Of a stretch of DNA of 64,000 bases, positions 1-10,771 are shown one piece after another (the first letter of the stretch is position 1; the number at the start of each line of letters is the position of its first letter). Below the pieces are notes generated by a model that made no database searches, was not told where the DNA came from, and saw only the letters and a program-made list of their open reading frames with translations. The DNA is from Flaccisagitta enflata. Its lineage: Eukaryota. The stretch spans positions 6,448,001 to 6,512,000 of the forward strand of contig OZ231126.1 in the NCBI GenBank assembly GCA_965153355.1, given 5' to 3'. The position numbers and the translations under genes are program-made.

Positions 1-110
1 GTCATCATGGACTTCAAGGTATGCCACCATGGACTTCAAGGTATGCCACCATGGACTTCAAGGTATGCCACCATGGACTTCAAGGTATGCCATTATGGAC
101 TTCGAGGTAT
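1..110. repeat. 22-bp tandem repeat
   Basis: (catggacttcaaggtatgccac)n. Confidence 0.85.
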
Positions 111-515
111 TTGAAATTTTTTTTTGAAAATTTGAAAAAAAAAAATTTTGGGAAATGTTTTTGGAAAATTTTTTGAAAAATTTTTTGAAAAAATTTTTGA
201 AAAAATTTTTGTGGAAAATTTTTTGAAAATAATTTTTAAAAAAAGATTTTTTGAAAACAATTCTTGAAAAATTTTTTTGAAAATTTGTTTTTATGAAAAT
301 TTTTTGAAAATTTTTTAAAAATTTTTTTTGAAAATTTTTTGAAATTTTTTTTTGAAAATTTTTTGAAATTTTTTTTAAAAATTTAAAAAAAAATTGTTTT
401 TTGAAATTTTTTAAATAAAAATTAAAAAAAAAAATTGAAATTTAAAAAAAAAAAAAATTTGAAATTTAAAAAAAAAAATTTGAAATTTAAAAAAAAAAAT
501 TTGAAATTTTTTTTT

Positions 516-678
516 TGTCATCACTTTTAACTATGTCATCACCTTCAACTACTGTCATCACCTTCAACTACTGTCATCACCTTCAACTACTGTCATCACC
601 TTCAACTACTGTCATCACCTTCAACTACTGTCATCACTTTAACAACTGTCATCACCTTCGACTATTGCCATCAACTTT
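516..678. repeat. 19-bp tandem repeat
   Basis: (ctgtcatcaccttcaacta)n. Confidence 0.85.
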
Positions 679-837
679 GAAAATTTTTTTTTTAAATTTT
701 TTTTTAAATTTTTTTTTTTTAGATTGTCTTGTCGTTTTTCTTCTTGAGTTGCGTTTACGCAACGAGAAAGCTTAAAAAATTACAGTTCCCAGTCGGGGAC
801 TGTAATTTTGAAGCTTTTTTGCCTTGTGCCCTCAGCT

Positions 838-1750
838 GATGCTTTGAATTATGACACAATAGCTAGCTTTGAGGCCTTGTTTCTATCCTTATGCCCAAAT
901 CTGTAGTCCCAATGTACCTTGGTTTCTATCCTAATGCCCCAATTTGCAGTCCCATTTTGCCATAACCATAACCTAGTTTCGCGGGCCATAATGTGGCCCA
1001 TTTTCTTGTAACAAATTGTGGTTGATTCTGAAGCTGGGTGGCAGGTTTTTATCAAGTCCAATTCTAGCCTCTCGGTATATATACTAGCATTCTGGCCCAT
1101 TACCAAGTCCCTTTATCCATTTTGTTTTCTTTTGTGCGATGGTTAGCCAAATTCTATCCTTGTTAGTTGCGGCCCATTTCCCACCCTCGCCTTGAGCCCA
1201 TTTTCCAGCCCCTTGGCCCAAATACTGATTTTTTTTCGTTTTCCCTTTTTTTCTTTCCACAGAAGTGGCGTTGCCGGTAGTTTAGGCAAATGGATGCTTT
1301 GAGTTATGACACAATAGCTAGCTTTGAGGCCTTATTTCTATCCTTATGCCCAAATCTGTAGTCCCAATGTACCTTGGTTTCTATCCTAATGCCCCAATTT
1401 GCAGTCCCATTTTGCCATAACCATAACCTAGTTTCGCGGGCCATAATGTGGCCCATTTTCTTGTAACAAATTGTGGTTGATTCTGAAGCTGGGTGGCAGG
1501 TTTTTATCAAGTCCAATTCTGGCCTCTCGGTATATATACTAGCTTTCTGGCCCATTACCAAGTCCCTTCATCCATTTTGTTTTCTTTTGTGCGATGGTTA
1601 GCCAAATTCTATCCTTGTTAGTTGCGGCCCATTTCCCACCCTCGCCTTGAGCCCATTTTCCAGCCCCTTGGCCCAAATACTGATTTTTTTTCGTTTTCCC
1701 TTTTTTTCTTTCTACAGAAGTGGCGTTGCCGGTAGTCTAGGCAAATGGAT
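838..1750. repeat. 455-bp tandem duplication that includes a PEPCK acceptor and exon start
   Basis: 838-1292 is near-identical to 1293-1747, with GAT microhomology at the junction. Confidence 0.92.
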
Positions 1751-1868
1751 TTCGCCTCAAGAGTTGGACGAGGCTTTGTGGAGCGATCGATTTCCCGGCT
1801 GCATGACGGGAAGAACGATGTACGTCATTCCCTTCTCCATGGGACCAGTTGGATCACCCTTGTCCAAG
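1718..1868 (+). CDS. Pepck: PEPCK exon ([13 protein letters not shown]...GSPLSK)
   Basis: tttctacag acceptor, aag|gtgagt donor, [20 protein letters not shown]. Confidence 0.92.
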
Positions 1869-4800
1869 GTGAGTTTGGGGTGAGATATTGTCGCTTTAAA
1901 GTCAGATATTCTTAGCCTTAAATCAGCCCACGGGCTGTCGTGGGCTTTTATACAGCCCTCTACTAAGCCTGCAACGTCTAATTGCCACAAAAACAGGGAT
2001 GCCAAGCTTCTTACAATCTGTGATGGAGCTGGTCCCCTTCGCGGCAGCTTCCATGCTCCCCATCCATCCAACCCTTCCTCATCCGCTCCCTTCTACCTCC
2101 TATAACCAGCGCCCCCCGCACCATCCTATCCCTTCGTTTACTATTTCATTCATTCATTCATTCATTCATTCATTCATTCATTCATCCATTCTCTCCCAGT
2201 TTGGCGTTAAAATCACTGACTCTCCTTACATGGTGGCGAGTGTGCGATCGATGACGTTAATTGGCGAATTTATTCATTCACTCTTTCATTCTTTCATTCA
2301 TTCATTCATTCATTCAATTATTCATTTATTCATTTAATTATTCTTTCATTCATCCATTTTCTCCCAGGTTGGCCTTGATATCACTGACTCTCCTGTACGA
2401 GGTGGCGAGTATGCGAGTGATGACCCGGATCGGCGACTCGTTCATTCATTCATTTATTCATTTATTCATTCATTCATTTATTCATTCATTCATTCATTCA
2501 TTCACTCCTAGGTTGGCGTTGAGATCACTGACTCTCCTTACGTGGTGGCGAGTATGCGAGTCATGACGCGGATCGGCGACTCTGTCATGCCCATCGTCGA
2601 AGCTGAAGCCTCCTCGGCCGGAAATCAAGGATTTGTGCGCGCTGTGCATTCAGTGGGACAGCCAATCCCCGTTCAAGGTTAGTTGGATGACGAAATTATG
2701 ATTGTATACGTAAACAACCGAGAGACTAAATTATTGAACGACTGAATGACTATGAGAACGAATAAGTGAATGACAAAGGATGGAATAAACGACTGAAAGG
2801 AAATCAACGACTGAATGAATGAACAGCAGAAGGAAAAGATGAATAAATCAACAGCTGGATTTAAAGATGAATAAGTGAACAGCTGAATAAATAACTGAAA
2901 ATTTTGATAAGCGCGGGATCGAAATTTGTAATTGCTATTTCCAACTGACCGACTGACTTGTAAGTGCTGAGTTTGAAGGGTCTCGATCAAAGACTCATTT
3001 CTGCTTTTGATTCCAGTTGAATGATTGTCTGAAGCTATGGAGGTTTAAAAAAATGATCGACGGAATGAGTGAATGGCCGAGTGACTGAACGACATAACGT
3101 TGAAATTCAAATATATCTAGGCAACTTGCTGACAAATGCTTTTTATTTCTTTTCCAAAGGGCCTCTGGTGAACAATTGGCCATGCAATCCGGAGAAGACT
3201 TTAATCTCCCACATTCCCGACGAGAATATGATCGTGTCGTTTGGATCTGGTTATGGTGGCAACTCTCTTCTAGGCAAGAAATGCTTCGCCCTCAGACTCG
3301 GCAGTATCCTGGCCAAGAAGGAAGGATGGCTCGCTGAACACATGCTGGTGAGGATCTGAGGATGGGCGGGTTAAAACTCCTCTCAGTTACTCTGCTTTTT
3401 AGTTGCGGACACGCAACTCTATAACAAGCTTTGTCCGTCGGTCGGTCGGTCGGTTGGTTGGTCGGTTGGTCGGTTGGTCGGTCGGTTGGTTGGTCCGAAG
3501 AGGTGATCGAGTCAAAGTGGGAAAACGCCCATTTCCGCCCCTGCCCACCCGTCCGCAACTGGTGGCCGTGTATCCGGGCCTGTTGATTGAATTTTTGCTG
3601 TGCGAATGTGAATGTTCAACCTTTTGAGTATGCGGAGGAAGAGATTTTAGTAAGAAACGTCTACAGGGCAAGAGAGTTTTTTTCGAACTCCTCCTGCAGG
3701 TGGGGATTGATTTTGATGGATCGGGTACTACTGTATTAATTTGGGGGAAAATGGTCGTATAAAGACTGACTTGACTTTTGTTTAGAGATGTATAATCAAC
3801 AATCCTTTCACATCTGATCAACAAATAACTGAAGAACCGCAGATTTATCTTATTTCGTTAGTCTACTGCGATGTCTCCTTCAACATCTTCACTATCTTCA
3901 CCTCAACCCATTTCCTTCTCCTATCTCCTCTCTGTCCCTCGTTTTAAACTCAACCCCAACTTGACAGATTTTGGGCATCACAAATCCCGCTGGTGAGAAG
4001 AAATACATCGCCGCCGCTTTTCCATCTGCTTGTGGCAAGACCAATTTGGCGATGATGGTGCCATCGATGCCAGGATGGAAAGTCGAATGCGTCGGTGATG
4101 ACATCGCCTGGATGAGATTCGACGAAGATGGTAGACTCAGGGCTATCAACCCCGAAGCAGGCTTCTTCGGCGTAGCACCCGGTGAGAGAGACGGGTAGAC
4201 TGTTTGTTTGTCGGTCTGTCTTTTTTTCTGCCTGTTTATCTCTACGCCTGTCTGTTTATCTTCAAGCCTGTCTACCTATCTGTCGGCCTGTCTGTTAATC
4301 CGACTACTGGTTTGTTTATCTGTCGGATTAGTTTTTCTGTATCCTTTTTACTTGCTGTGTCGGCAAATCCCTTTGTCAATATGTCGGTCTTTTTGTCTGA
4401 GAATCTTTAAGCGACTCCTCTTATCTACTTCTCCTCCTCTCCTTTTCCACTCGCCATCTTTACCACACTCCTCCTTGTCTTATCTACTTCTCCTCCTATC
4501 CTTTTCCACTCGCTATATCCTCCTTCTCTTACTTCTCCTCATCTTCTTTCTCCTCATTTTCCCTCTCCACTCCTCATCTCCCCACACTCTCCTCCCACAC
4601 TCATCAGGCACTTCGATGGAGACGAATCCCAACGCTATGTTGACGATCCAATCCAACACTTTGTTCACCAACGTGGCCGAGACTTCCGACGGCGGGTTTT
4701 GGTGGGAAGGGATGCCGCCTCCGGAACCGGAAGTGAGCATCCGCAGTTGGACCGGACAAGCCAATTGGACGAAAGGCGGGAAACCGGCGGCGCATCCCAA

Positions 4801-7503
4801 CTCGAGATTTTGCACGCCGGCGGCCCAATGCCCAATGATGGATCCTAATTGGGAAGACCCGAGAGGAGTGCCCATTGACGCCATCGTGTTTGGAGGAAGA
4901 AGACCCAAAGGTTGGTTGGTGGGGGCTAATGTGTGACTCTGAGAAGTAGTAGGCCTAACCCTCGAGAATTCAAACGCACACGTATTCGGTATTCCTAACA
5001 TGGCACACTCCAGTCTTTAGTCGCGGACTAACGACTCTAAAAAAAGCTTTGTCCGTCCGTCTGTCTGTCCGTCTGTCCATCCGTTGCTCCGTTGGTCCAT
5101 GGGTGCGTGGAAATAAGTCGTAAAGTGGAGAAACGATCGTTTGAAACGCTTGTTTGTGGTTGGATGCCCCTGCCCAACCGACCGCGACGATATTGTTACC
5201 CCGCGGTTCTTGTTAATTGTTACGCCTTAATTGTTATGAATCGACTACTTGTATTGTGTGTATTTATTTTGGTTCAAGGCGTTCCTTTGGTTTACGAGTC
5301 GTTTGATTGGGATCACGGAGTTTTCATCGGCGCCGCGATGAAGTCCGAAGCCACCGCAGCCGCAGAACACAAAGGAAAGGTAAATAGTTTGTACTTGTTA
5401 AGCAAGGTTACTGTTGGCGTGGAGCTGTGGTCTAATTGTCATTTATCAATAACGGCGGTGACGACATTAATGTGATGTGATGATAGTTGAGACAATTTGC
5501 AGAAAAAAGATGATAGTTGATAAAATGATATGCAGAAAAAAGATAATGTGGTGTTGTTAGTTGATACAATGATATGTGAAAAACTTGAATGTGATGAATT
5601 GACGAAGAAGATGGTATCTTAAGTGATGGCACGTCCCTCTCATTTGGTTCAGGAAATCATGCACGATCCCTTCGCGATGCGGCCATTCTTCGGCTACAAC
5701 TTTGGTCACTATTTGGATCATTGGTTGTCCATGAAAAAGGTGGAAAATGCCAAATTGCCCAAAGTCTTCCACGTCAACTGGTTCAGAAAAGGAGATGACG
5801 GAAAGTTCCTGTGGCCAGGTGAAGGAAACTAGACTACCGGCCATTTGATAGTTTAATTAATTAATTGAGATAATATTCTTCAAAATAAAATTGCGACAAT
5901 GCAAGCATCAGTCAGAATTCACGAAACTAAACGCAGACAAGGAGCCAAGGGTGGAAAGCTACAATTATACCCTTTTCGACGCGCGTGTTATAGAGACAGA
6001 CAGACTGAACCAACTTGAACAGTCCGCGACCATAAATTCCCAGTTTTTGTTTTTATCCTTCTAATAATGTGAACCCAGAACGCGATTGAAAACTTGAAAA
6101 AAACCTTCTTTTTCAGGCTTTGGTGAGAATTCTCGTGTCTTGGATTGGATTTGCCAGCGCGTTGATGGTAAGTTTGATCATTGATTGGTGTTTACTCTTG
6201 GTAAAGCAATTTATCATAAAATCAAGTTAAACACATTCTTTTGAGTGTTTCTCTTTCATGATATCACCAAAAACCTAGTTTTTACTGGTCTTCTCTCTTC
6301 CTGTTGCTTACTCAGGCAAAGAAGTGGCTACTGAGAGTCCGATAGGATTGATTCCCAAACCCGGGACGATCAACATGGAGGGCCTCAAGGAGACCGTCGA
6401 CTGGGATGCGCTCTTCAGCGTCCCCAAAGACTTTTGGGCGGAGGAAGTCGAGGAAATCGGAAATTACTTCAAGGTAATTGGCTGTACAATAAATAGTTCT
6501 CTTCTCTCATTAGGTAAGGTAAGGTAAGGCGTTAGCGCCCCTAGGCAAACATCCAGTTCGCATTGCGGGGGCCTCGTGTAGCGTTCATCCGTGTATAGTA
6601 GCGTTTTTTTTTTCCATCACTTCGTTTTTTTTCAGTTTTCGTCTCTTTGCTACTATACTTCGGTTAGGTTTCCTCTTTTCCACCCGTCGTATGCCGCTTT
6701 AAACCCATTCACCGTCTTTTTTTCTCTCACTTCGTCCGGAATCTTATTCCAGACATTTGCCGCCCGAATATTAAAGAAATTCTTTCTGATTTCTAGTCGG
6801 GCATTCTCTACTTTAAGTACATTGTTTCTTCGTCTCTCTCCTTCCTCAGTAATAACCACATTCCGTCTTGTTGGCCTTTTCTCCTCGGTCTCTATATGGA
6901 ACCATTGGTTCTTGTCCACATGATTAAAGCCATTCAGCGTCTTGAATGCCTCGATCGCATCACCTCTTTCCCTTCTCTCCGTCAATGTCATCAGTCCCAC
7001 ATCTTTCAATTTTTCCTCATATGTTTTTAGATGCGTCCGTCAGGAACGCATCTCTATAAGAGGGTTTGTCCGTCGGTCGGTCCGTCGGTATGTCCGTCCG
7101 TTACGCAAGTGGATAAAACGCGTTCCTCGTTTTTTTTTATGGCCACGATGAGATGCTATACTGAATCAAATGATCTACAAACATGTTTTGAAGGCTTCCT
7201 TTACTACTCGGGTCGGTTCATCTGTCTGTTAGTCCATATGTCTCTCCATATATGTCACATGTTCAATACACGCAGAGACACAGCCCGGACGCATCTTTGC
7301 CCGGTCGGGCTTGTTCCCTTCACATCTGAAAGAAGCTTTACCATTCTTTCTTGCACTTTTTCGAGTGCCTTTCTGTCCATCTCCATCCATGGATTCCACG
7401 CCGCTACTCCAAATTCGAGCTTGGGCCTGATGAAAGTCATTACTTCTTCTCCACCTGCCATCACTACCATCCTTGCTTCATAACCATCATCACCGTCAAA
7501 TTT

Positions 7504-7599
<96 letters not shown>

Positions 7600-8255
7600 G
7601 CAATCAATATTTTCTGTATTACCTGTAATATCATCACCGTCATCATCCCCCTCAATGGTCTCTGTCAACATCACCTGTTGTCATCACCACACCACAAAGA
7701 CCACTGTCATCACCACCATTACCACTTTCATCACCACCATGACCACTTTCATCACCACCATGACCACTTTCATCATCACGATGACCACTTTCATCACCAT
7801 CGCCTTATCATCGTCGTCCTAGTTCCAATCCTCCAAGTTCAATATTCTTGCGAGGGCTTGGGGTAATGGTAATCAACAAGCCCGATCAGGCAACGATGCG
7901 TCCTGACTGTGTCCTAACTGTGTGTATTGACTTTGGCGCTAGACTTGGACGGACAGACAGATGAAGACATAGTATTGAATGCGGCTCTCAAAATATACTA
8001 ATTACTTGATACATGACATCCTCAAGGCTGAAAAGTGCCAAAAACTGCGATTTTGAAGGAGGCGTAACGGACGGACGGTCGGACGGACGGACAGACCCTC
8101 TTATAGAGGTGCGAGGACGCATCTAAAAAGAATGTGTAACGCGTTTGCCAAATACAAATCACAATTTATGTTTTAAGGATCAACTTCCGGAAGACTTGCC
8201 TGATTCCGTCGGCGAACAATTGCTCAAGCTCAAGGAGAGAATCCACCGTCAATGA
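1718..8255 (+). CDS. Pepck: GTP-dependent phosphoenolpyruvate carboxykinase, 5'-partial multi-exon gene: join(1718..1868,2512..2677,3160..3347,3968..4181,4608..4910,5279..5379,5653..5818,6117..6167,6316..6473,8178..8255)
   Basis: Ten GT-AG exons splice in phase into one ORF (1576 nt, about 524 aa, ends TGA). It contains the PEPCK-GTP hallmarks [77 protein letters not shown] and [13 protein letters not shown]. The N-terminal exons are outside the window. Confidence 0.97.
2512..2677 (+). CDS. Pepck: PEPCK exon ([22 protein letters not shown]...VHSVGQP)
   Basis: ctcctag acceptor, g|gttagt donor, conserved motifs; not in the ORF track. Confidence 0.92.
3160..3347 (+). CDS. Pepck: PEPCK exon (NNWPCNP...GWLAEHML)
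   Basis: ccaaag acceptor, ctg|gtgagg donor, [18 protein letters not shown]. Confidence 0.95.
3397..3584 (+). mobile_element. DINE-1/HINE-like non-autonomous element
   Basis: 5' agttgcggac subTIR with hairpin, (GTCG/GTTG)n, 3' gtccgcaact subTIR, ggccg...ggcc stem-loop. Related copies at 5016-5213, 39947-40112 (-) and 61148-61306. Confidence 0.72.
3968..4181 (+). CDS. Pepck: PEPCK exon with FPSACGKTN signature
   Basis: gacag acceptor, g|gtgaga donor, [37 protein letters not shown]. Confidence 0.96.
4608..4910 (+). CDS. Pepck: PEPCK exon ([10 protein letters not shown]...FGGRRPK)
   Basis: catcag acceptor, g|gttggt donor, [16 protein letters not shown]. Confidence 0.95.
5279..5379 (+). CDS. 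Pepck: PEPCK exon ([15 protein letters not shown]...AEHKGK)
   Basis: ttcaag acceptor, aag|gtaaat donor, phase continuity. Confidence 0.94.
5653..5818 (+). CDS. Pepck: PEPCK exon ([18 protein letters not shown]...FLWP)
   Basis: ttcag acceptor, g|gtgaag donor, conserved motifs. Confidence 0.95.
6117..6167 (+). CDS. Pepck: PEPCK 51-nt exon ([17 protein letters not shown])
   Basis: ttttcag acceptor, g|gtaagt donor, GFGENSRV motif; not in the ORF track. Confidence 0.93.
6316..6473 (+). CDS. Pepck: PEPCK exon (ESPIGLIP...[14 protein letters not shown])
   Basis: ctcag acceptor, aag|gtaatt donor. Confidence 0.92.
6511..7440 (-). mobile_element. 5'-truncated non-LTR retrotransposon (CR1/L2-group-like ORF2 C-terminus) in the last PEPCK intron
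   Basis: [14 protein letters not shown]...[10 protein letters not shown]...[16 protein letters not shown]...[17 protein letters not shown] are typical CR1/L2-group C-terminal motifs. It has a (CCTTA)n 3' tail at 6511-6529 and is split by an insertion at about 7024-7315. Confidence 0.85.
7024..7315 (+). mobile_element. DINE-1/HINE-like element nested in the LINE
   Basis: tttttag-atgcgtcc...gacgcatct hairpin, GTCG/GTCC microsatellite, 3' ggacgcatct subTIR, gcccg...cgggc stem-loop, ttgtt end. A related copy lies at 50229-50500 (-). Confidence 0.7.
8178..8255 (+). CDS. Pepck: PEPCK terminal coding exon ([25 protein letters not shown])
   Basis: ttttaag acceptor, phase 0, PEPCK-like C-terminal helix, TGA followed by TAA. 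Confidence 0.88.
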   Translation, partial: DQLPEDLPDSVGEQLLKLKERIHRQ

Positions 8256-9247
8256 TAATATTAACGTTCGACCAAAGAGGGTGACGTTGGTACAACGACG
8301 GAATCTTCGATTAAGCGATTTGTGACAACGACTAAGTGCCCTTTTGTTTTGATAAATCGTCACTCATGTAACTTTTTCTGTTGCAACGACATCTTTAGCC
8401 TTAGTATGACTGAGTGTTCTTTTGTATCAGCAAATCGCCGCTCGTCACCTACGTCTTGATGCCTAGATTTACAATGACGAAAATCACACTAGCTATGAAA
8501 GAATTAGTGCAGTGCGCGTGGCTTTATTAAGATCAGATCTTAGCCTGTAAAACCGACTTACAACTCACATCGCCGTTATTTTCTTTTGCGACGCGCGCAT
8601 TCTGCAATACTAGGCTTTCCTTTCCATTCCTTGTGTCGCCACGTCAACTAGTTGTGATTGTTTTTCTTCTCCAGAAGCCTTTTCTTGTGCATTTGTTTTT
8701 TTTTCTTCTCGCAGATCGGACTTGGTTGAAATTCGACCGCGTTGACCGGCCGCGAATTTCCTCCAATTCCATTACTAAACTTAAGTGTCATTAACATTCC
8801 AAGCTGCCTTCATTCCGATTGTTTCTATATAGCTGATACTGATAACTAAAGTCTGTTAAGACTGAAAAGTAGCTTTAATCATAATGATTACTTATATATG
8901 CATCAAAAAGAACTGGTGCTGGTGAATGTTATTTGCCTTATTAAAGATTCTGATTTAAAGATATTGAATGTGAATATGAAAAAGAGATGTCAACACGCAA
9001 TGAATTAAAACTGTCACATAAACTTGCGATTGTGTATTGGATGTTAGAAAGATCTACATGAGACGAGAGTATAATTACCGCACCTTTCTTTAACTTTTTG
9101 TTTTTTTTTAAGATGTTCATTTAAATATTTTTCCATTCGTGAATGAAGGAAAGGAAACCGCACGTTTCAGGTACATACATTCAAATTTATCTAGTCATTA
9201 GCTTTACAATATACTCACTATATTTACTCACTAGTTCAATCTAACCA

Positions 9248-9313
<66 letters not shown>

Positions 9314-9525
9314 AGAACTGCTGCTTTTCACTCTACAGCATGGTTTTTCGATCCTCTCTTCCTGCGAATGCCCATGTCATCGTTAATAGGATGGAATTCA
9401 CTGTTTTGTGCGTATTTTTTTTAGGGAACGTATCTGTTTAATTGCTCACATTGTATCAATGCGCGTACTCCAGAGAATGTCTATCACTGTTGAATCGCTT
9501 TTCCAGTTAAGTTTTTTTTTAAATG

Positions 9526-9531
9526 AATAAA
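9526..9531 (+). terminator. Candidate polyadenylation signal for PEPCK
   Basis: AATAAA about 1.27 kb after the stop codon, just before TE-derived sequence begins; supported by position only. Confidence 0.35.
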
Positions 9532-10771
9532 ACTAAGCATTCCAAATTGCGTTGCATTCCATTTTTAGTTGTGGACACGCGACTCTACATCTGGCAGTGC
9601 TGGTCAGTGTAGCAGTCCGTCGGTCCGGTCGTCCCTCCGTCGGTAACATTTTTACTAAATTTTAGGTGCGACAAAGCACCTCTATAACCGGCTGTCCGTT
9701 GGTCGGTCGGTCGGTTGGTAACGTATTCTTTTGACGATCCACACGCCGCACCTTATTGGCCCTGTTGAATTGCGAGCGGGATTTGCATTACTGCCCCTGC
9801 CCAGCCGTCTGGGTATGCGGCCTTGTTTGTCGAGCGCATGCGACTTTGGTACAAGGCCGTCGCGATAATTGCGTTCCTCTCAAAATGACATTTTGTACTT
9901 TATGTGAAAATACTTTGCATCTGCTCATGGTGCGTGTAATTCCCAGCGCAGAGCATTTCAGGATAGCTATCTAGCTCTTTATTATTCAAAAATCGTTCTA
10001 ACAACGTATTGACAAATCAAATTTTGTCTTCGTGTTTACCGTGACTTTTCGCGTTTCATTAGAAATTGAATTAACTTCCGAAATGATCTCGACCAGGAAA
10101 GCAGGAACTTAAAATCGTTATGTTACACATTTACTGATGAATGATGATGAGTATATATAGGCACGCTAAAGCTAAAAAAAGCCATATCTACAACGATTAA
10201 ACCCGATTGTACCACATTTTATCACAATTGAACATAATCATTGGCAAATCACGGAGGGAGTTGCCACATAAGTCGAGAGATTATATGAAGTTGATGGATG
10301 GACCAGTGTAACGAGCGAATCAATTCTTTGTAAGGGGGCGCAGGGGCAATCTATCGACCAACGATATCTGATCAGCAAAATGCATGGAAAAAAAAGTCCT
10401 GTTAGGAATTGGTAAACTATTTAGTGGCATTTACATAAACAAGGCCGGATGACATGGCTACTCAAGTCTCGTGGGGGGGGGGGGGGGGGAAAGAGATATT
10501 TTACAAAGCAGATGAACACTTTTGAGAGCGCAAGAATGATAATCATTGTAAAGTAAACAAACGCTATGATTTTCCCCATCGTATTATACCGACTAGGTCT
10601 CTCCAAATGCTTGCCAAAAACGGAATATGCATGAATAAAAAAGAAAAAGAACAAGGCCAAGTAGGCCAATAAGGTGCGACGTGTTGATCGTCGAACGAAT
10701 GCGTTACAGACAGACCAACCGACAAACCGACGGAAAGAGCCAGTTATAGAGGTCTTTTGTCGCACCTAAAA

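Noticed and set aside
849-1561. Twin 85-aa minus-strand ORFs
   Set aside because: By-products of the 455-bp intronic duplication, with TTG starts and no recognisable motif.
6511-6529. Telomere-like (TAAGG)n repeat
   Set aside because: Better explained as the 3' tandem-repeat tail of the LINE fragment.
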